From an uncultured Acidobacteriota bacterium (lineage in GTDB: Bacteria; Acidobacteriota; Blastocatellia; RBC074): DNA of 64,000 bases. This document shows, piece after piece, positions 52,168 through 61,671 of the stretch. Every line of letters begins with the position of its first letter. Within the stretch, counting starts at the first letter, position 1. The translations under genes were made by a program, and so were the position numbers. The notes under the pieces are model-generated. The model saw nothing but the letters and a program-made list of their open reading frames with translations. It did no database searches and was not told the DNA's origin. The DNA is taken from NCBI GenBank assembly GCA_963796275.1, contig CAWCKY010000003.1:1024001-1088000 (forward strand), read 5' to 3'.

Positions 52168-52770
52168 TCAAGGCTCGATGACGCGGCGTCCTTCTATTCT
52201 AAACTTTTCGCTCAGGATCAGCGAAACGGCGTCGGGATAGATCCTGTGTTCTTCACGAAGGATACGTTGGGATAGCATTTCAACGGTATCGTCGTACAGC
52301 ACGGGGACGACAGCTTGTTTGATTATCGGTCCTTGGTCCAGGTGCTCGTTTACCAGATGAACTGTGCAGCCGGAAACTTTGACGCCGTGTTCGAGCGCCT
52401 TTCTTTGCGCGTCGAGTCCGGGGAAGGAGGGCAAAAGAGATGGATGGATGTTCAGAATCCTGTTTTCGAATGCGCGTATGAACCAAGGGGAGAGCAATCG
52501 CATGTAGCCCGCCAGACATATCAGATCGATCTGACGTCGAAGAAGCTCTTGCGCCATTGAGCGGTCGTGTTCCTCGCGCGTCTTTCCTTGGTGATCGAGG
52601 TGAAGGGTTTCAATCCCGCGTTCTCGCGCGCTTTCGATTCCGGGAGCCGTCGGGATATTGCTGATGACCAGTCCGATCCGGGCGTCGGGGATGCGACCGT
52701 CGCGCGTCGCATCGGCCAGCGCCACCATGTTCGAACCGCGGCCGGAGATGAGGATGCCTATTTGTTTCAC
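52168..52770 (-). CDS. purN: Phosphoribosylglycinamide formyltransferase
   Basis: ILISGRGSNM, LAGYMRLL, NIHPSLLP, GCTVHLV, DQGPII; GTG start. Confidence 0.96.
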   Translation of the reverse strand: MKQIGILISGRGSNMVALADATRDGRIPDARIGLVISNIPTAPGIESARERGIETLHLDHQGKTREEHDRSMAQELLRRQIDLICLAGYMRLLSPWFIRAFENRILNIHPSLLPSFPGLDAQRKALEHGVKVSGCTVHLVNEHLDQGPIIKQAVVPVLYDDTVEMLSQRILREEHRIYPDAVSLILSEKFRIEGRRVIEP

Positions 52771-52774
52771 TGTC

Positions 52775-53401
52775 TCATTGTACGTAACGCGCGAGCAGTC
52801 CATCGAATTCGGCTTCGCTCATCCATCGATCCTTGCTCGCAGCCGTGCGTCCCAGATTGAGCGGCGAATAGAAATACGTCTCACCGCGATGGAAGTCGTG
52901 GATTATTCGCGCCGGCGATGCCGGAGAATTTGAATTGGGTTTGACCGATAGTCTCAAATAGATCACACGTCCGTTCGACATCCAGGATTGTTGCTCGATC
53001 TTAGCAATCAGTAAAGGCGAAAGGTTGTAAACCAGCGAAGAACCGGCGCCCGCATTGAAGATCAGCCTGGCACGGTTGCGATACCGGTACTGTTCTATTC
53101 GATAACTAACGTTTGCGTCGAACTCGTCCCTGCGATCGCTCGCCGCGAGCGACTCGGTGCTTGTCATGTAAGTCGTGATTCCAATAGCGATTGCCAGCGC
53201 CGCGGCGATGATCCCGATGATCATACCCTTTCGTTTCCAGCCGGCAAATCGTGCTTTGAAGCTGCTGACGGCCTGCCCGTCAGGCGTCATTCGATCTTCA
53301 CCAGATCCGTGACGCCTAGTTAGCGTCTTTTCTAATTCATTCAATTCTTCCGTAGAGAGTCGATCGATACGCGAGAGAATATCTTTAACCGGGGCGTCCA
53401 T
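52775..53401 (-). CDS. Hypothetical single-TM membrane protein
   Basis: 208 aa ORF with GGAGG RBS and one hydrophobic helix; stop lies 4 nt before the purN start. Confidence 0.7.
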   Translation of the reverse strand: MDAPVKDILSRIDRLSTEELNELEKTLTRRHGSGEDRMTPDGQAVSSFKARFAGWKRKGMIIGIIAAALAIAIGITTYMTSTESLAASDRRDEFDANVSYRIEQYRYRNRARLIFNAGAGSSLVYNLSPLLIAKIEQQSWMSNGRVIYLRLSVKPNSNSPASPARIIHDFHRGETYFYSPLNLGRTAASKDRWMSEAEFDGLLARYVQ

Positions 53402-53585
53402 ATACCCACCTCCCTCTGTATTGGACAGGATATCTATTTTTTTCGGGAATTACCGAATCGAGGTATCCCGAACAATCATCTGAAGTTCCTGACTGTGAAG
53501 TTCCTGCCTGAATATTTATCGACAAACAAATTATTCGCCTGTTCGAGTCAACATGCAAGATTCATCTCATACCGGCTGCCGGCGC

Positions 53586-53627
53586 AAAATGAAAATGGGT
53601 AGCACAGTGCAACCTGTACTACCCATT
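53586..53627 (-). terminator. Intrinsic terminator (minus strand)
   Basis: Minus strand AATGGGTAGTACAG-GTTGCA-CTGTGCTACCCATT followed by TTCATTTT; the single mismatch is a G.U pair only on the minus strand. Confidence 0.7.
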
Positions 53628-53648
53628 CATATAGATGAATTTTCGTAC

Positions 53649-53763
53649 CGGACATTCAGTAGATACCGACCCTCTGATCACCACCACTGCCGTCATTTAT
53701 GACTGGCCCATAAGACGACAGAAGCAGTGAATCTGCCCCCGTCAGTAATCTACTGAACGTCCG
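53649..53763 (-). ncRNA. Candidate structured RNA (long imperfect hairpin)
   Basis: Outer stem CGGAC(G.U)TTCAGTAGAT.../...ATCTACTGAATGTCCG plus inner stems; mismatches become G.U pairs on the minus strand; followed by a terminator. Confidence 0.5.
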
Positions 53764-54097
53764 TCATGGATGTATTTGAGAAACCAGCCCACGTTCTATC
53801 GGTATCTCTACATACACCCAAGCTCTCAGCTACAACTCTAAGTGTTGATAGCTGTTTGAATCCAATCGACATCAAAAAGGCGTATTCTCATTACCCGGAT
53901 GCTTCGGTTGACTGGGAAACGAAACATCAGTCCTATACACCCGGGGATCGGAAGTGACGGCTCTTTTTCAGGTCATCTTTCTTTCAGCTACAGATACGGC
54001 GCGGACGGTTGAGGAGATTGACGCAGTTGATTGAAGATTGATCAAAAATTTATCGGTCGGTTATTGAATAGTTCTTGACGAGTTATTGGAGGAAGTA

Positions 54098-54919
54098 GTG
54101 CCCCGAACAGAAAAGCGCTTCTATGCATTTGGCTCGTTTCGTCTCGACCTCAACGCGCGCGTCTTGATGCGCGATTCCGATATAGTTCCGCTGACGCCGA
54201 AAGCCGTGGACACACTGGTAGTGCTGGTCGAGAGGTGCGGCGAACTGGTTGGTCGCAGCGAGCTGCTCAGGGCGGTCTGGCCCGATGTTTTTGTCGAGGA
54301 GAACAACCTCAACTCGAACATATTCATGTTGCGGCGAGCATTCGGTGAGGAGAACTACATCGCCACCATACCGCGACGCGGCTATCGGTTCATGGCAAAT
54401 GTGGATGTGATCGTAGTTGAAACGGGAAATGAGCAAGAGGATCAGCCACCCGCAAATGGAATATCTATAGTTCCCACTCAGAGGCCGAAAACGTCAATTA
54501 GATCTCTGGTCATTTTTCCATTCAAATCTCTCACGGACGATGGTTGCGACGGCGGCCTCGGAATGGGATTGGCTGATGCGCTGATCACCCGCCTGAGCAA
54601 TCAGCGAGACGTGGTAGTCCGACCGACAAGCGCTGTGGCCAAATTTCGCGGGCTGGATCAGGATCCCATCAGCACTGGCCGTGAGCTGGACGTTGAGCTC
54701 ATTTTGGAAGGGAACATCCAGCGCGCGTGTGATCGCATACGTGTGACCGTCCAACTGGTTCGTGTTTCCAGCGGCGTATCGATCTGGGCTGAGAAATTTG
54801 ATGATCGTTTTACCGACATCTTCGCATTCGAGGACGCTATCTCTGAGCGGATCGCTGATGCGCTCTCCGCTCGGATGTTTGAAGATGAGCTTGACTGGGA
54901 CAGGCGCGCCGCCGCATAG
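54098..54919 (+). CDS. Winged-helix (OmpR/CadC-like) transcriptional regulator with a TolB-N-like domain
   Basis: YAFGSFRLD, LTPKAVDTL, VWPDVFVEENNL, YIATIPRRGYRF; SLVIFPF...GMGLADALITRLS; GGAGG before GTG 54098. Confidence 0.88.
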   Translation: MPRTEKRFYAFGSFRLDLNARVLMRDSDIVPLTPKAVDTLVVLVERCGELVGRSELLRAVWPDVFVEENNLNSNIFMLRRAFGEENYIATIPRRGYRFMANVDVIVVETGNEQEDQPPANGISIVPTQRPKTSIRSLVIFPFKSLTDDGCDGGLGMGLADALITRLSNQRDVVVRPTSAVAKFRGLDQDPISTGRELDVELILEGNIQRACDRIRVTVQLVRVSSGVSIWAEKFDDRFTDIFAFEDAISERIADALSARMFEDELDWDRRAAA

Positions 54920-54926
54920 GCTGCAT

Positions 54927-55296
54927 TAACATTTATCATTTAACATTTGTGATTTGTGATTTGTGATTTGTGATTTGTGATTTGTGATTTGTGATTGAAG
55001 AGATGCAGTTAATGAGCTTCAGGCAACCAGCCTTACAAAGATTGCCTGCTTAGCTTCCGCTGAGCCGCGACGCTATGGATGTATCCCGGCGTTTCAATGC
55101 TTGTCATTTGCCCAAACTTTCGCACGAAATGTATACCTTCTTCGTCGCTACGCGATGATGGATGCCGTGCGGCGTTGAATCGCCGGATTAGACTCATCCC
55201 TGCCGCTACGCGGCAATTCGGCGTGGGCGTTAAACGTCAAACTGAATGTCAATAAACGACAAATCACAAATCAAAAATGTTAAATGATAAATGTTA
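54927..55296. repeat. Intergenic element: 22-bp terminal inverted repeats + (TTTGTGA)x7, enclosing degenerate REP-like palindromes
   Basis: TAACATTTATCATTTAACATTT (54927-54948) matches the reverse complement of 55275-55296 exactly; heptamer x7 at 54946-54994; internal CGTCGCTACGCGATG, GCCGCTACGCGGC and CGGCGTTGAATCGCCG. Confidence 0.78.
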
Positions 55297-55319
55297 TTCT
55301 TCTTCGGTTCTTGATCGAG

Positions 55320-56357
55320 TTACACAAATTTGACTTTGCAGCTTCCATCGATTATTTCGCCGATGACGTAGAACGGTTCGCGGGCGGCATTAAGCTGGTC
55401 CTGCACGAACTGCAGGAATGCCGGGTTGGTAATGACGATCATTCCGATCCCCATATTGAACGTCCGCAGCATCTCATCGCGCGGCACATTGCCGATTTTA
55501 CGCAGCAATTCAAAGATGGGCAGGCACGGCCAACTGCCTTCCTTGATCTCCGCATCGACGTTGCTCGGTAGTATGCGAGGAATATTTTCGACGAGGCCGC
55601 CGCCTGTGATATGCGCCAGGCCTTTGATGACGCCTTCGTGTTCGATCAATCGATTGAGGGCGGGCAGATAGTTTTTATGTCCTTTTAACAGTTCTTCGCC
55701 GATCGTGCATGCGAGATCGGGCATGAAGGTATCGAGCTGTAAGCCGCCCCTGTCGAAGAGCGTCTTGCGAGCCAGGCTGTACCCGTTCGTGTGCAGTCCT
55801 ATCGACGGCAATCCGATGATGATGTCGCCCTCGGTTATGCGCGATCCGTTGATGATCATGCGGCGATCTACCACGCCGACGATGAAACCCGCGAGATCGT
55901 ATTCGCCATCTCGGTAAAACTCAGGCATTTCCGCCGTTTCGCCGCCGATGAGCGCGCAATCGCCTTCGCGGCAGCCGCGCGCCAAACCGTCGAGTATTTG
56001 CTCGATGACATCGGGATCGAGTTTGCTGATGGCGATATAGTCGAGGAAGAAGAGAGGTTTTGCGCCTTGAACCAGGATGTCGTTGATGCAGTGCGAGACG
56101 AGATCGTGCCCTACCGTGTTATGGATTCCTGTGGCGAATGCGACCTTCAGTTTTGTGCCGACGCCGTCGCAACTCGCGACAAGCACCGGTTCGCGGCCCT
56201 CGGCGAACACTCCTTTGAACATTCCGCCGAAACTGCCGATTTCGGACAGGACATTTTCATTGAATGTCGTTCGCGCCAGCTTCTTGATGCGCGCAGTGGC
56301 GATGTTTGCAGCATCGATATCTACGCCTGCGTCTTTGTAGGTGATCGGTTCGGTCAT
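55320..56357 (-). CDS. purM: Phosphoribosylformylglycinamidine cyclo-ligase (AIR synthetase)
   Basis: YKDAGVDI, DGVGTK, GGETAEMP, GLHTNGYSL, HITGGG, TFNMGIG. Confidence 0.97.
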   Translation of the reverse strand: MTEPITYKDAGVDIDAANIATARIKKLARTTFNENVLSEIGSFGGMFKGVFAEGREPVLVASCDGVGTKLKVAFATGIHNTVGHDLVSHCINDILVQGAKPLFFLDYIAISKLDPDVIEQILDGLARGCREGDCALIGGETAEMPEFYRDGEYDLAGFIVGVVDRRMIINGSRITEGDIIIGLPSIGLHTNGYSLARKTLFDRGGLQLDTFMPDLACTIGEELLKGHKNYLPALNRLIEHEGVIKGLAHITGGGLVENIPRILPSNVDAEIKEGSWPCLPIFELLRKIGNVPRDEMLRTFNMGIGMIVITNPAFLQFVQDQLNAAREPFYVIGEIIDGSCKVKFV

Positions 56358-56406
56358 ATACTGATGCTACCGGTTATTCTGGTTGTGCGGTAATACGCTG
56401 AATGGT

Positions 56407-57843
56407 TCAATCGGATGCGAATGTCAGCGCCGATTCTTCTTCTCGTTCTCTCATCGTCTGCACGTTAGCGCCGAGCGGCGTCGGGTATCGCCCGGTGTAA
56501 CACGCCGTACAGAACTTGCTCTCGTTCGGGTCTCCTCCCGTCTCTCCGCAGGCCTCCAGCAGCCCTTTCATACTCAGATAGCCGAGCGAATCGGCGCCGA
56601 TGTATTTGCATATTTCATTGATCGAAAATTGTGCCGCGATCAGCTCTTCGTGAGTCGGCGTGTCCACGCCGTAATAGCATGGTCCGATAGTCGGGGGACA
56701 ACTGATGCGCATGTGCACTTCCCGCGCGCCGGCGTCGCGCACCATCTTGACGATCTTCTGCGATGTCGTCCCGCGCACAATCGAATCATCGATGAGCACG
56801 ACGCGGTGTCCTTCGATAAGGTCGCGCACGGGATTGAGCTTGATCTTGACGCCGAAGTGGCGAATCTGAGACCGCGGTTCGATGAACGTGCGGCCGATGT
56901 AATGGTTGCGTACCAGGCCGAAGCGAAACTTGAGGCCAGATTCGGACGCATAGCCGATCGCCGCCGCCACGCCGGAATCCGGCACAGGCACCACCAGATC
57001 TGCATCCGCCGGACATTCGCGCGCGAGATAACGGCCCAAGAGGTGCCGGCTCTTGTTCACGCTGCGTCCGAAGACGATGGAATCAGGGCGCGAGAAATAG
57101 ACGTGTTCGAAGATGCAGTGCTTGATCGGTTTCTCCGGGAACGGATGGAGAGAATGCAGACCGTTGCCATCGATGACGACGATCTCGCCTGGTTCCACAT
57201 CCCGAATATACTCCGCCCCGATCAGGTCGAATGCGCACGTCTCCGAAGCGAAAACGGTCGCGCCTGCGAGCCTCCCCATACACAGAGGGCGAAACCCGCG
57301 CGGATCCCGCACCGCGACGATGCTATCGGGAGTGGCGAAGAGCATGGAAAACGCGCCGTCGTCACCGATCAGGGCTTCGATGATCGCATCTATCAGATTG
57401 GCCGCGCGCGAACGGGCTATGCGGTGAAGAACTACTTCCGTGTCGGATGTAGAGGAGAAGATCGCTCCCTCCCGTTCGAGCTGTAGGCGCGCATCTGTGG
57501 CGTCAGGCAGGTTCCCGTTGTGGCACAGTGCGATCTGGCCGAAACTGCATTTGACTGAAAAGGGCTGGGCCTCGTTGATGCTTACTTTCCCGGCGGTCGA
57601 GTAACGAACGTGGCCGATGGCTGAATTACCCTGTAACCGCGCCAGATTGTCTTCCGCGAATATGTCGCTGACGTGTCCCATACCTCGCTCGGCGTAGAGA
57701 CGAATGCCATCGGATGATACGATTCCTGCCGATTCCTGCCCGCGATGTTGCAGCGAGAAAAGGCCCAGGTATGTAAGGCGCGCGGCTTCTTCGTGACCGA
57801 AGATACCGAAGACGCCACATTCTTCTCTGAATTTATCGAACAT
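56407..57843 (-). CDS. purF: Amidophosphoribosyltransferase
   Basis: Propeptide followed by CGVFG; QHRGQES, GHVRYSTAG, DDSIVRGTT; Fe-S Cys in FCTACYTG. Confidence 0.97.
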   Translation of the reverse strand: MFDKFREECGVFGIFGHEEAARLTYLGLFSLQHRGQESAGIVSSDGIRLYAERGMGHVSDIFAEDNLARLQGNSAIGHVRYSTAGKVSINEAQPFSVKCSFGQIALCHNGNLPDATDARLQLEREGAIFSSTSDTEVVLHRIARSRAANLIDAIIEALIGDDGAFSMLFATPDSIVAVRDPRGFRPLCMGRLAGATVFASETCAFDLIGAEYIRDVEPGEIVVIDGNGLHSLHPFPEKPIKHCIFEHVYFSRPDSIVFGRSVNKSRHLLGRYLARECPADADLVVPVPDSGVAAAIGYASESGLKFRFGLVRNHYIGRTFIEPRSQIRHFGVKIKLNPVRDLIEGHRVVLIDDSIVRGTTSQKIVKMVRDAGAREVHMRISCPPTIGPCYYGVDTPTHEELIAAQFSINEICKYIGADSLGYLSMKGLLEACGETGGDPNESKFCTACYTGRYPTPLGANVQTMREREEESALTFASD

Positions 57844-58040
57844 TATCTAAATGCCTTGTTACTTCGTTTTTCAAAGATTGACTCTATAAATATTTGTCCG
57901 GTCCGATTTATAGTTAGCAGCGTGTAAGTGTGAACGAGTTTGGCTGAGTTGACAAGATGTGGGACATTTGTTTGACACAAAGATGCAGAAGAGGAGAGAA
58001 AAACTTTGCATCTCTGCGTCATATCTCAGTAAATCCGCAA

Positions 58041-58805
58041 TCACAGAGCTGTTGCGCCGCCGTCTACCACAAAAACCTGCCCGGTGACGAACGAAGACTC
58101 ATCGGAAGCCAGGTAGAGCGCCAGCCCGCCAATCTCATCCGGCCGTCCCACCCGAGATATCGGCTGGTTGGCCTCGATCTGATTCATGTAACTCTCGTTT
58201 TTCCAGAAAAACTCGCTGAAATCGGTTTCGATCAATCCGGGAGCAATCGCGTTGACCCGGATATTTTCGCGGCCGAATTCCACCGCCCAGTTGCGCGTCA
58301 TCATTATCAGGGCTGCTTTCGTAGCGCTGTAGAGCAACCCGCCCTTCTGCGGTCTTAAACCCGCAATCGAAGCGATATTGACGATCGAGCCGCCGCTCTT
58401 GCGCGCTATCATCTTAGGCACCGTGAGACGAATGAGTCGAACCGCGGACACGACATTGATCTCGAACATCTTTGCGAGCATCTCATCGGTTACCTCGATC
58501 GCCGGTCCCTGGCCGATATTAGTCGCGCTGTTATTGACCAGAATATCCACCGGACCGAGTTGTTTCTCGGTCTCGCTCACCAGATTCTCCAGGTCGGTTA
58601 GTCGCCCGACGTGGCACGCGATGGGGACGATTTTGCCTGGCAGCGAGGAGAACTCTTTCGCTGTCGCTTCGAGGTTCTCTAATTTGCGGCTGGCTATGGC
58701 GACCCCGGCCCCGGCTTCCGCGAGACGCCTGGTTATCGCTTTGCCGATGCCGCGCCCGCCTCCGGTGACGATGGCCACTTTGCCGGTAAGGTCGATCGCG
58801 TTCAT
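58041..58805 (-). CDS. Short-chain dehydrogenase/reductase
   Basis: [26 protein letters not shown]. Confidence 0.93.
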   Translation of the reverse strand: MNAIDLTGKVAIVTGGGRGIGKAITRRLAEAGAGVAIASRKLENLEATAKEFSSLPGKIVPIACHVGRLTDLENLVSETEKQLGPVDILVNNSATNIGQGPAIEVTDEMLAKMFEINVVSAVRLIRLTVPKMIARKSGGSIVNIASIAGLRPQKGGLLYSATKAALIMMTRNWAVEFGRENIRVNAIAPGLIETDFSEFFWKNESYMNQIEANQPISRVGRPDEIGGLALYLASDESSFVTGQVFVVDGGATAL

Positions 58806-58853
58806 TGTTGATGAATCTCCTTTTATTATTGCTGTGTTTGGGCGTGGACCATA

Positions 58854-58916
58854 ACGCTATCGTTGAAACCGCGGACTGTCAAGACAGTTGACAATCGCGT
58901 CGAACAATATCAAATT
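58854..58916. promoter_or_regulatory. Back-to-back divergent sigma70-like promoters
   Basis: Minus strand TTGACA (58877-82)-N17-TAGCGT towards the SDR gene; plus strand TTGACA (58888-93)-N17-CAAATT towards the structured RNA and ALDH. Confidence 0.5.
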
Positions 58917-58920
58917 TCCA

Positions 58921-59125
58921 GATCCTGCCGGATTTTGTGGGGTAGCCATGCAGCGCCAGGTGTCAGTAGCTTTGACAGAAAAATTTAATCGGCTCCGGCG
59001 CGGCAACAGGTGCAGGCTCTCGGGCCGCTTCTCACGGAACGCGTGAGAGTTTTTCTAGCCGGAGATATAAATGTTCGCGCTGCTGGCGATCTCCAAATTT
59101 CCAACCCACAAAAATCCGCAGGGTC
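58921..59125 (+). ncRNA. Candidate ~205-nt structured RNA (6S-like RNA or cis-regulatory leader)
   Basis: The ends pair (GATCCTGC-CGGATTTTGTGGG / CCCACAAAAATCCG-CAGGGTC); nested stems GCCA-T-GCAGCGC/GCGCTGC-TGGC and CTCCGGC/GCCGGAG; two apical hairpins. Confidence 0.55.
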
Positions 59126-59177
59126 AGCAAATTTTCAACTATCAAAATTTCAGATCTCAAACTAAGGGGAGATAACA

Positions 59178-60620
59178 ATGGAAGCTTCTGCCAAAAGCAA
59201 CATCAAGATTCACGATAAGCTCTACATCGATGGACGGTGGATAAAACCAAGCGGGTCTGGGCTTATTGATGTGATAAATTCGACGACTGAAGAAGTCATG
59301 GGACGGATCCCCGAGGGGACGCCAGCGGACGTCAAACTGGCTGTGAGTGCGGCCAGGGCGGCATTTCAGGGATGGTCTGCGTTGCCGGTCGAGGACCGCG
59401 CCAGATACCTGCAGCAAATCTCGGAAAAACTCGCAGCTCGCAGGGACGAAATCGCGTCTGTTATCGCGAATGAAGTCGGAATGCCTCTGCCTCTCGCGAC
59501 CGCGGTTCAGGCGGGGATGCCCGCAATGGTTATGGGATCGTATGCCAAGCTGCTCGGCGATTTCCAGTTTGAAGAGAAGATCGGCAATGCGCAGGTCATG
59601 AAAGAGCCGGTCGGTGTGGTGGGGTGCATCACGCCGTGGAACTTTCCCCTGCATCAGGTCGTGGCCAAGGTCGCGCCGGCCCTGGCCGCAGGATGCACGG
59701 TGGTGCTCAAGCCGAGCGAAGTCGCGCCACTGACGGCATTCATTCTCGCTGAAATAATCGACGATGCCGGATTGCCCGCGGGCGTCTTCAATCTGGTCAC
59801 AGGCTATGGCCCGGTAGTCGGCGAAGCCATCGCCTCACACGCGGATGTCGATATGGTTTCATTCACCGGCTCGACTCGGGCGGGCAAGCGCGTGAGCGAG
59901 CTTGCTGCCACGACGATCAAGCGCGTCTCGCTCGAGCTCGGAGGCAAATCGGCGAATATCATTCTCGACGATGCCGATCTTGAACAGGCAGTCGCTAATG
60001 GCGTCGGCAATTGTTATTTCAATTCAGGGCAAACCTGTTCCGCGTTGACCAGGATGCTCGTCCCCAAGTCACGACACGACGAGGCTGCTGCCATCGCCAG
60101 ACGTGTCGCCGAGAGCTTCACGGTGGGCGATCCGACCGAGGGCAAATACAAGCTCGGGCCGCTCGTTTCAGCCGCACAGCGAGAGCGCGTCGTCAATTAC
60201 ATAAAAAAGGGAGTAGCCGATGGCGCGACGCTCATCGCGGGCGGTGCAGAAATGCCCGAAGGTATGACAAAAGGTTACTTCGTGCGCCCGACGGTCTTCG
60301 CCAACGTCCGAAACGATATGACGATCGCGCAGGAAGAGATATTCGGGCCCGTGCTTTCAATCATTCCATACGAGGATGAGGACGACGCCGTACGGATCGC
60401 AAACGATACGATATATGGCCTGGGAGGAGGCGTGTGGTCCGGCGATCCTGAAAGGGCCAAACGGGTAGCGCGCCGGTTGCGGACGGGCCAGGTCGAGATA
60501 AACGGCGGCAAGTTCAACCCGCTGGCGCCGTTTGGCGGTTACAAACAATCGGGCAATGGCCGCGAGCTTGGGAGATACGGTTTGGAAGAATATCTCGAAG
60601 TCAAAGCGATGTTACTGTAG
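59178..60620 (+). CDS. Aldehyde dehydrogenase
   Basis: [41 protein letters not shown]. Confidence 0.95.
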   Translation: MEASAKSNIKIHDKLYIDGRWIKPSGSGLIDVINSTTEEVMGRIPEGTPADVKLAVSAARAAFQGWSALPVEDRARYLQQISEKLAARRDEIASVIANEVGMPLPLATAVQAGMPAMVMGSYAKLLGDFQFEEKIGNAQVMKEPVGVVGCITPWNFPLHQVVAKVAPALAAGCTVVLKPSEVAPLTAFILAEIIDDAGLPAGVFNLVTGYGPVVGEAIASHADVDMVSFTGSTRAGKRVSELAATTIKRVSLELGGKSANIILDDADLEQAVANGVGNCYFNSGQTCSALTRMLVPKSRHDEAAAIARRVAESFTVGDPTEGKYKLGPLVSAAQRERVVNYIKKGVADGATLIAGGAEMPEGMTKGYFVRPTVFANVRNDMTIAQEEIFGPVLSIIPYEDEDDAVRIANDTIYGLGGGVWSGDPERAKRVARRLRTGQVEINGGKFNPLAPFGGYKQSGNGRELGRYGLEEYLEVKAMLL

Positions 60621-60729
60621 CCGGCGGGGAGAACACATAACAGAAGAACACATAAATGACAAAGAACACAAAAGTGATTTTTTTGCGTTTTTTGTCTTTT
60701 ATGTGTTTTTCTTTTTTGCAGCTGATCGT

Positions 60730-61656
60730 CTACAGGGAATGAAGTTTTCTTGCGACGGGCGCCAATTTCTGCATCTGATCGTCGGAAATTGCAGACAGAT
60801 AAGGCGGCACCGGCCCGCTCTCTGCGATGCCGGCAAGCTGGGTTGCAAAATGGAGTACCTTCGCCGGACTCCACGCATCCCGTATGTCCTCGAGCGGCAG
60901 AAACTCCGCCCTCAATTTCTGGGCTTCATCGAACTCGCCGCGCTTGCACGCTTCGAAGATGGCCCCGCTCAAACGCGGCGCGATGCAGCCCGAACCTGTG
61001 GTGAAGCCTGGAAGCTTCCAATCGCGCATGTGCACGACCGCGGGGCGTTCACCGATTCCGCTCACCACACGATGGCGATCCACTCTCTTGAGCAGTGATT
61101 CGAGATATGCATCCTGCGCGGGGTCCGGTCTGACTACCGCGTACTTTATCCAGGCGCACAATCCTTCATCGACCAATCGCGCGACGACATCCAGCCCGGC
61201 TTCTTTATCCGATCCGAAATTGTTCTCTTCTTTGAGGTAGAGAATGAGAGGGGTTGCTGCGGCATCGGCTATCTCACGCAAGCCCTTTTCTAGCCCGGCA
61301 GCATCGCGCGGGTCGCCGCACGGTAGCATCATTGCACATGGGAATTTGTGCCGGCGCAATAGCGCGGCCTGATCGATAGCGCGCCCGTAGGATGGCCCGA
61401 AACTGGGAATAGCCCAATAATCGTCGGGAAACTCTGCCAGCCAGGCTAGCAGCGACTCATATTCAGCCAGAGTTATGTGATAGAGGAATGCATTGCCTCC
61501 GTAAAGGAACCGCCGCAGCCCTCCTTCAGCGATATGGCCCACGATCTTGTCATTCTGTGCGAAATCGATCGAACGGCGTGAATCGTTTTTACGCGCCAGG
61601 GGCGGTACGGGAAAGACGCCCTGCAAATCTGCGAGTGTTACGGGTGTTGTTTTCAT
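60730..61656 (-). CDS. Dihydrodipicolinate synthase (DapA)-like aldolase/dehydratase family protein
   Basis: TIM-barrel pattern (IDFAQN, YGGNA, LILYLK) and candidate Schiff-base Lys in WIKYAV. Confidence 0.8.
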   Translation of the reverse strand: MKTTPVTLADLQGVFPVPPLARKNDSRRSIDFAQNDKIVGHIAEGGLRRFLYGGNAFLYHITLAEYESLLAWLAEFPDDYWAIPSFGPSYGRAIDQAALLRRHKFPCAMMLPCGDPRDAAGLEKGLREIADAAATPLILYLKEENNFGSDKEAGLDVVARLVDEGLCAWIKYAVVRPDPAQDAYLESLLKRVDRHRVVSGIGERPAVVHMRDWKLPGFTTGSGCIAPRLSGAIFEACKRGEFDEAQKLRAEFLPLEDIRDAWSPAKVLHFATQLAGIAESGPVPPYLSAISDDQMQKLAPVARKLHSL

Positions 61657-61671
61657 GTTTATCGCTCATAT

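Noticed and set aside
53766-53957. 63-aa plus-strand ORF in the large intergenic region
   Set aside because: No RBS, no recognisable motif and no supporting context.
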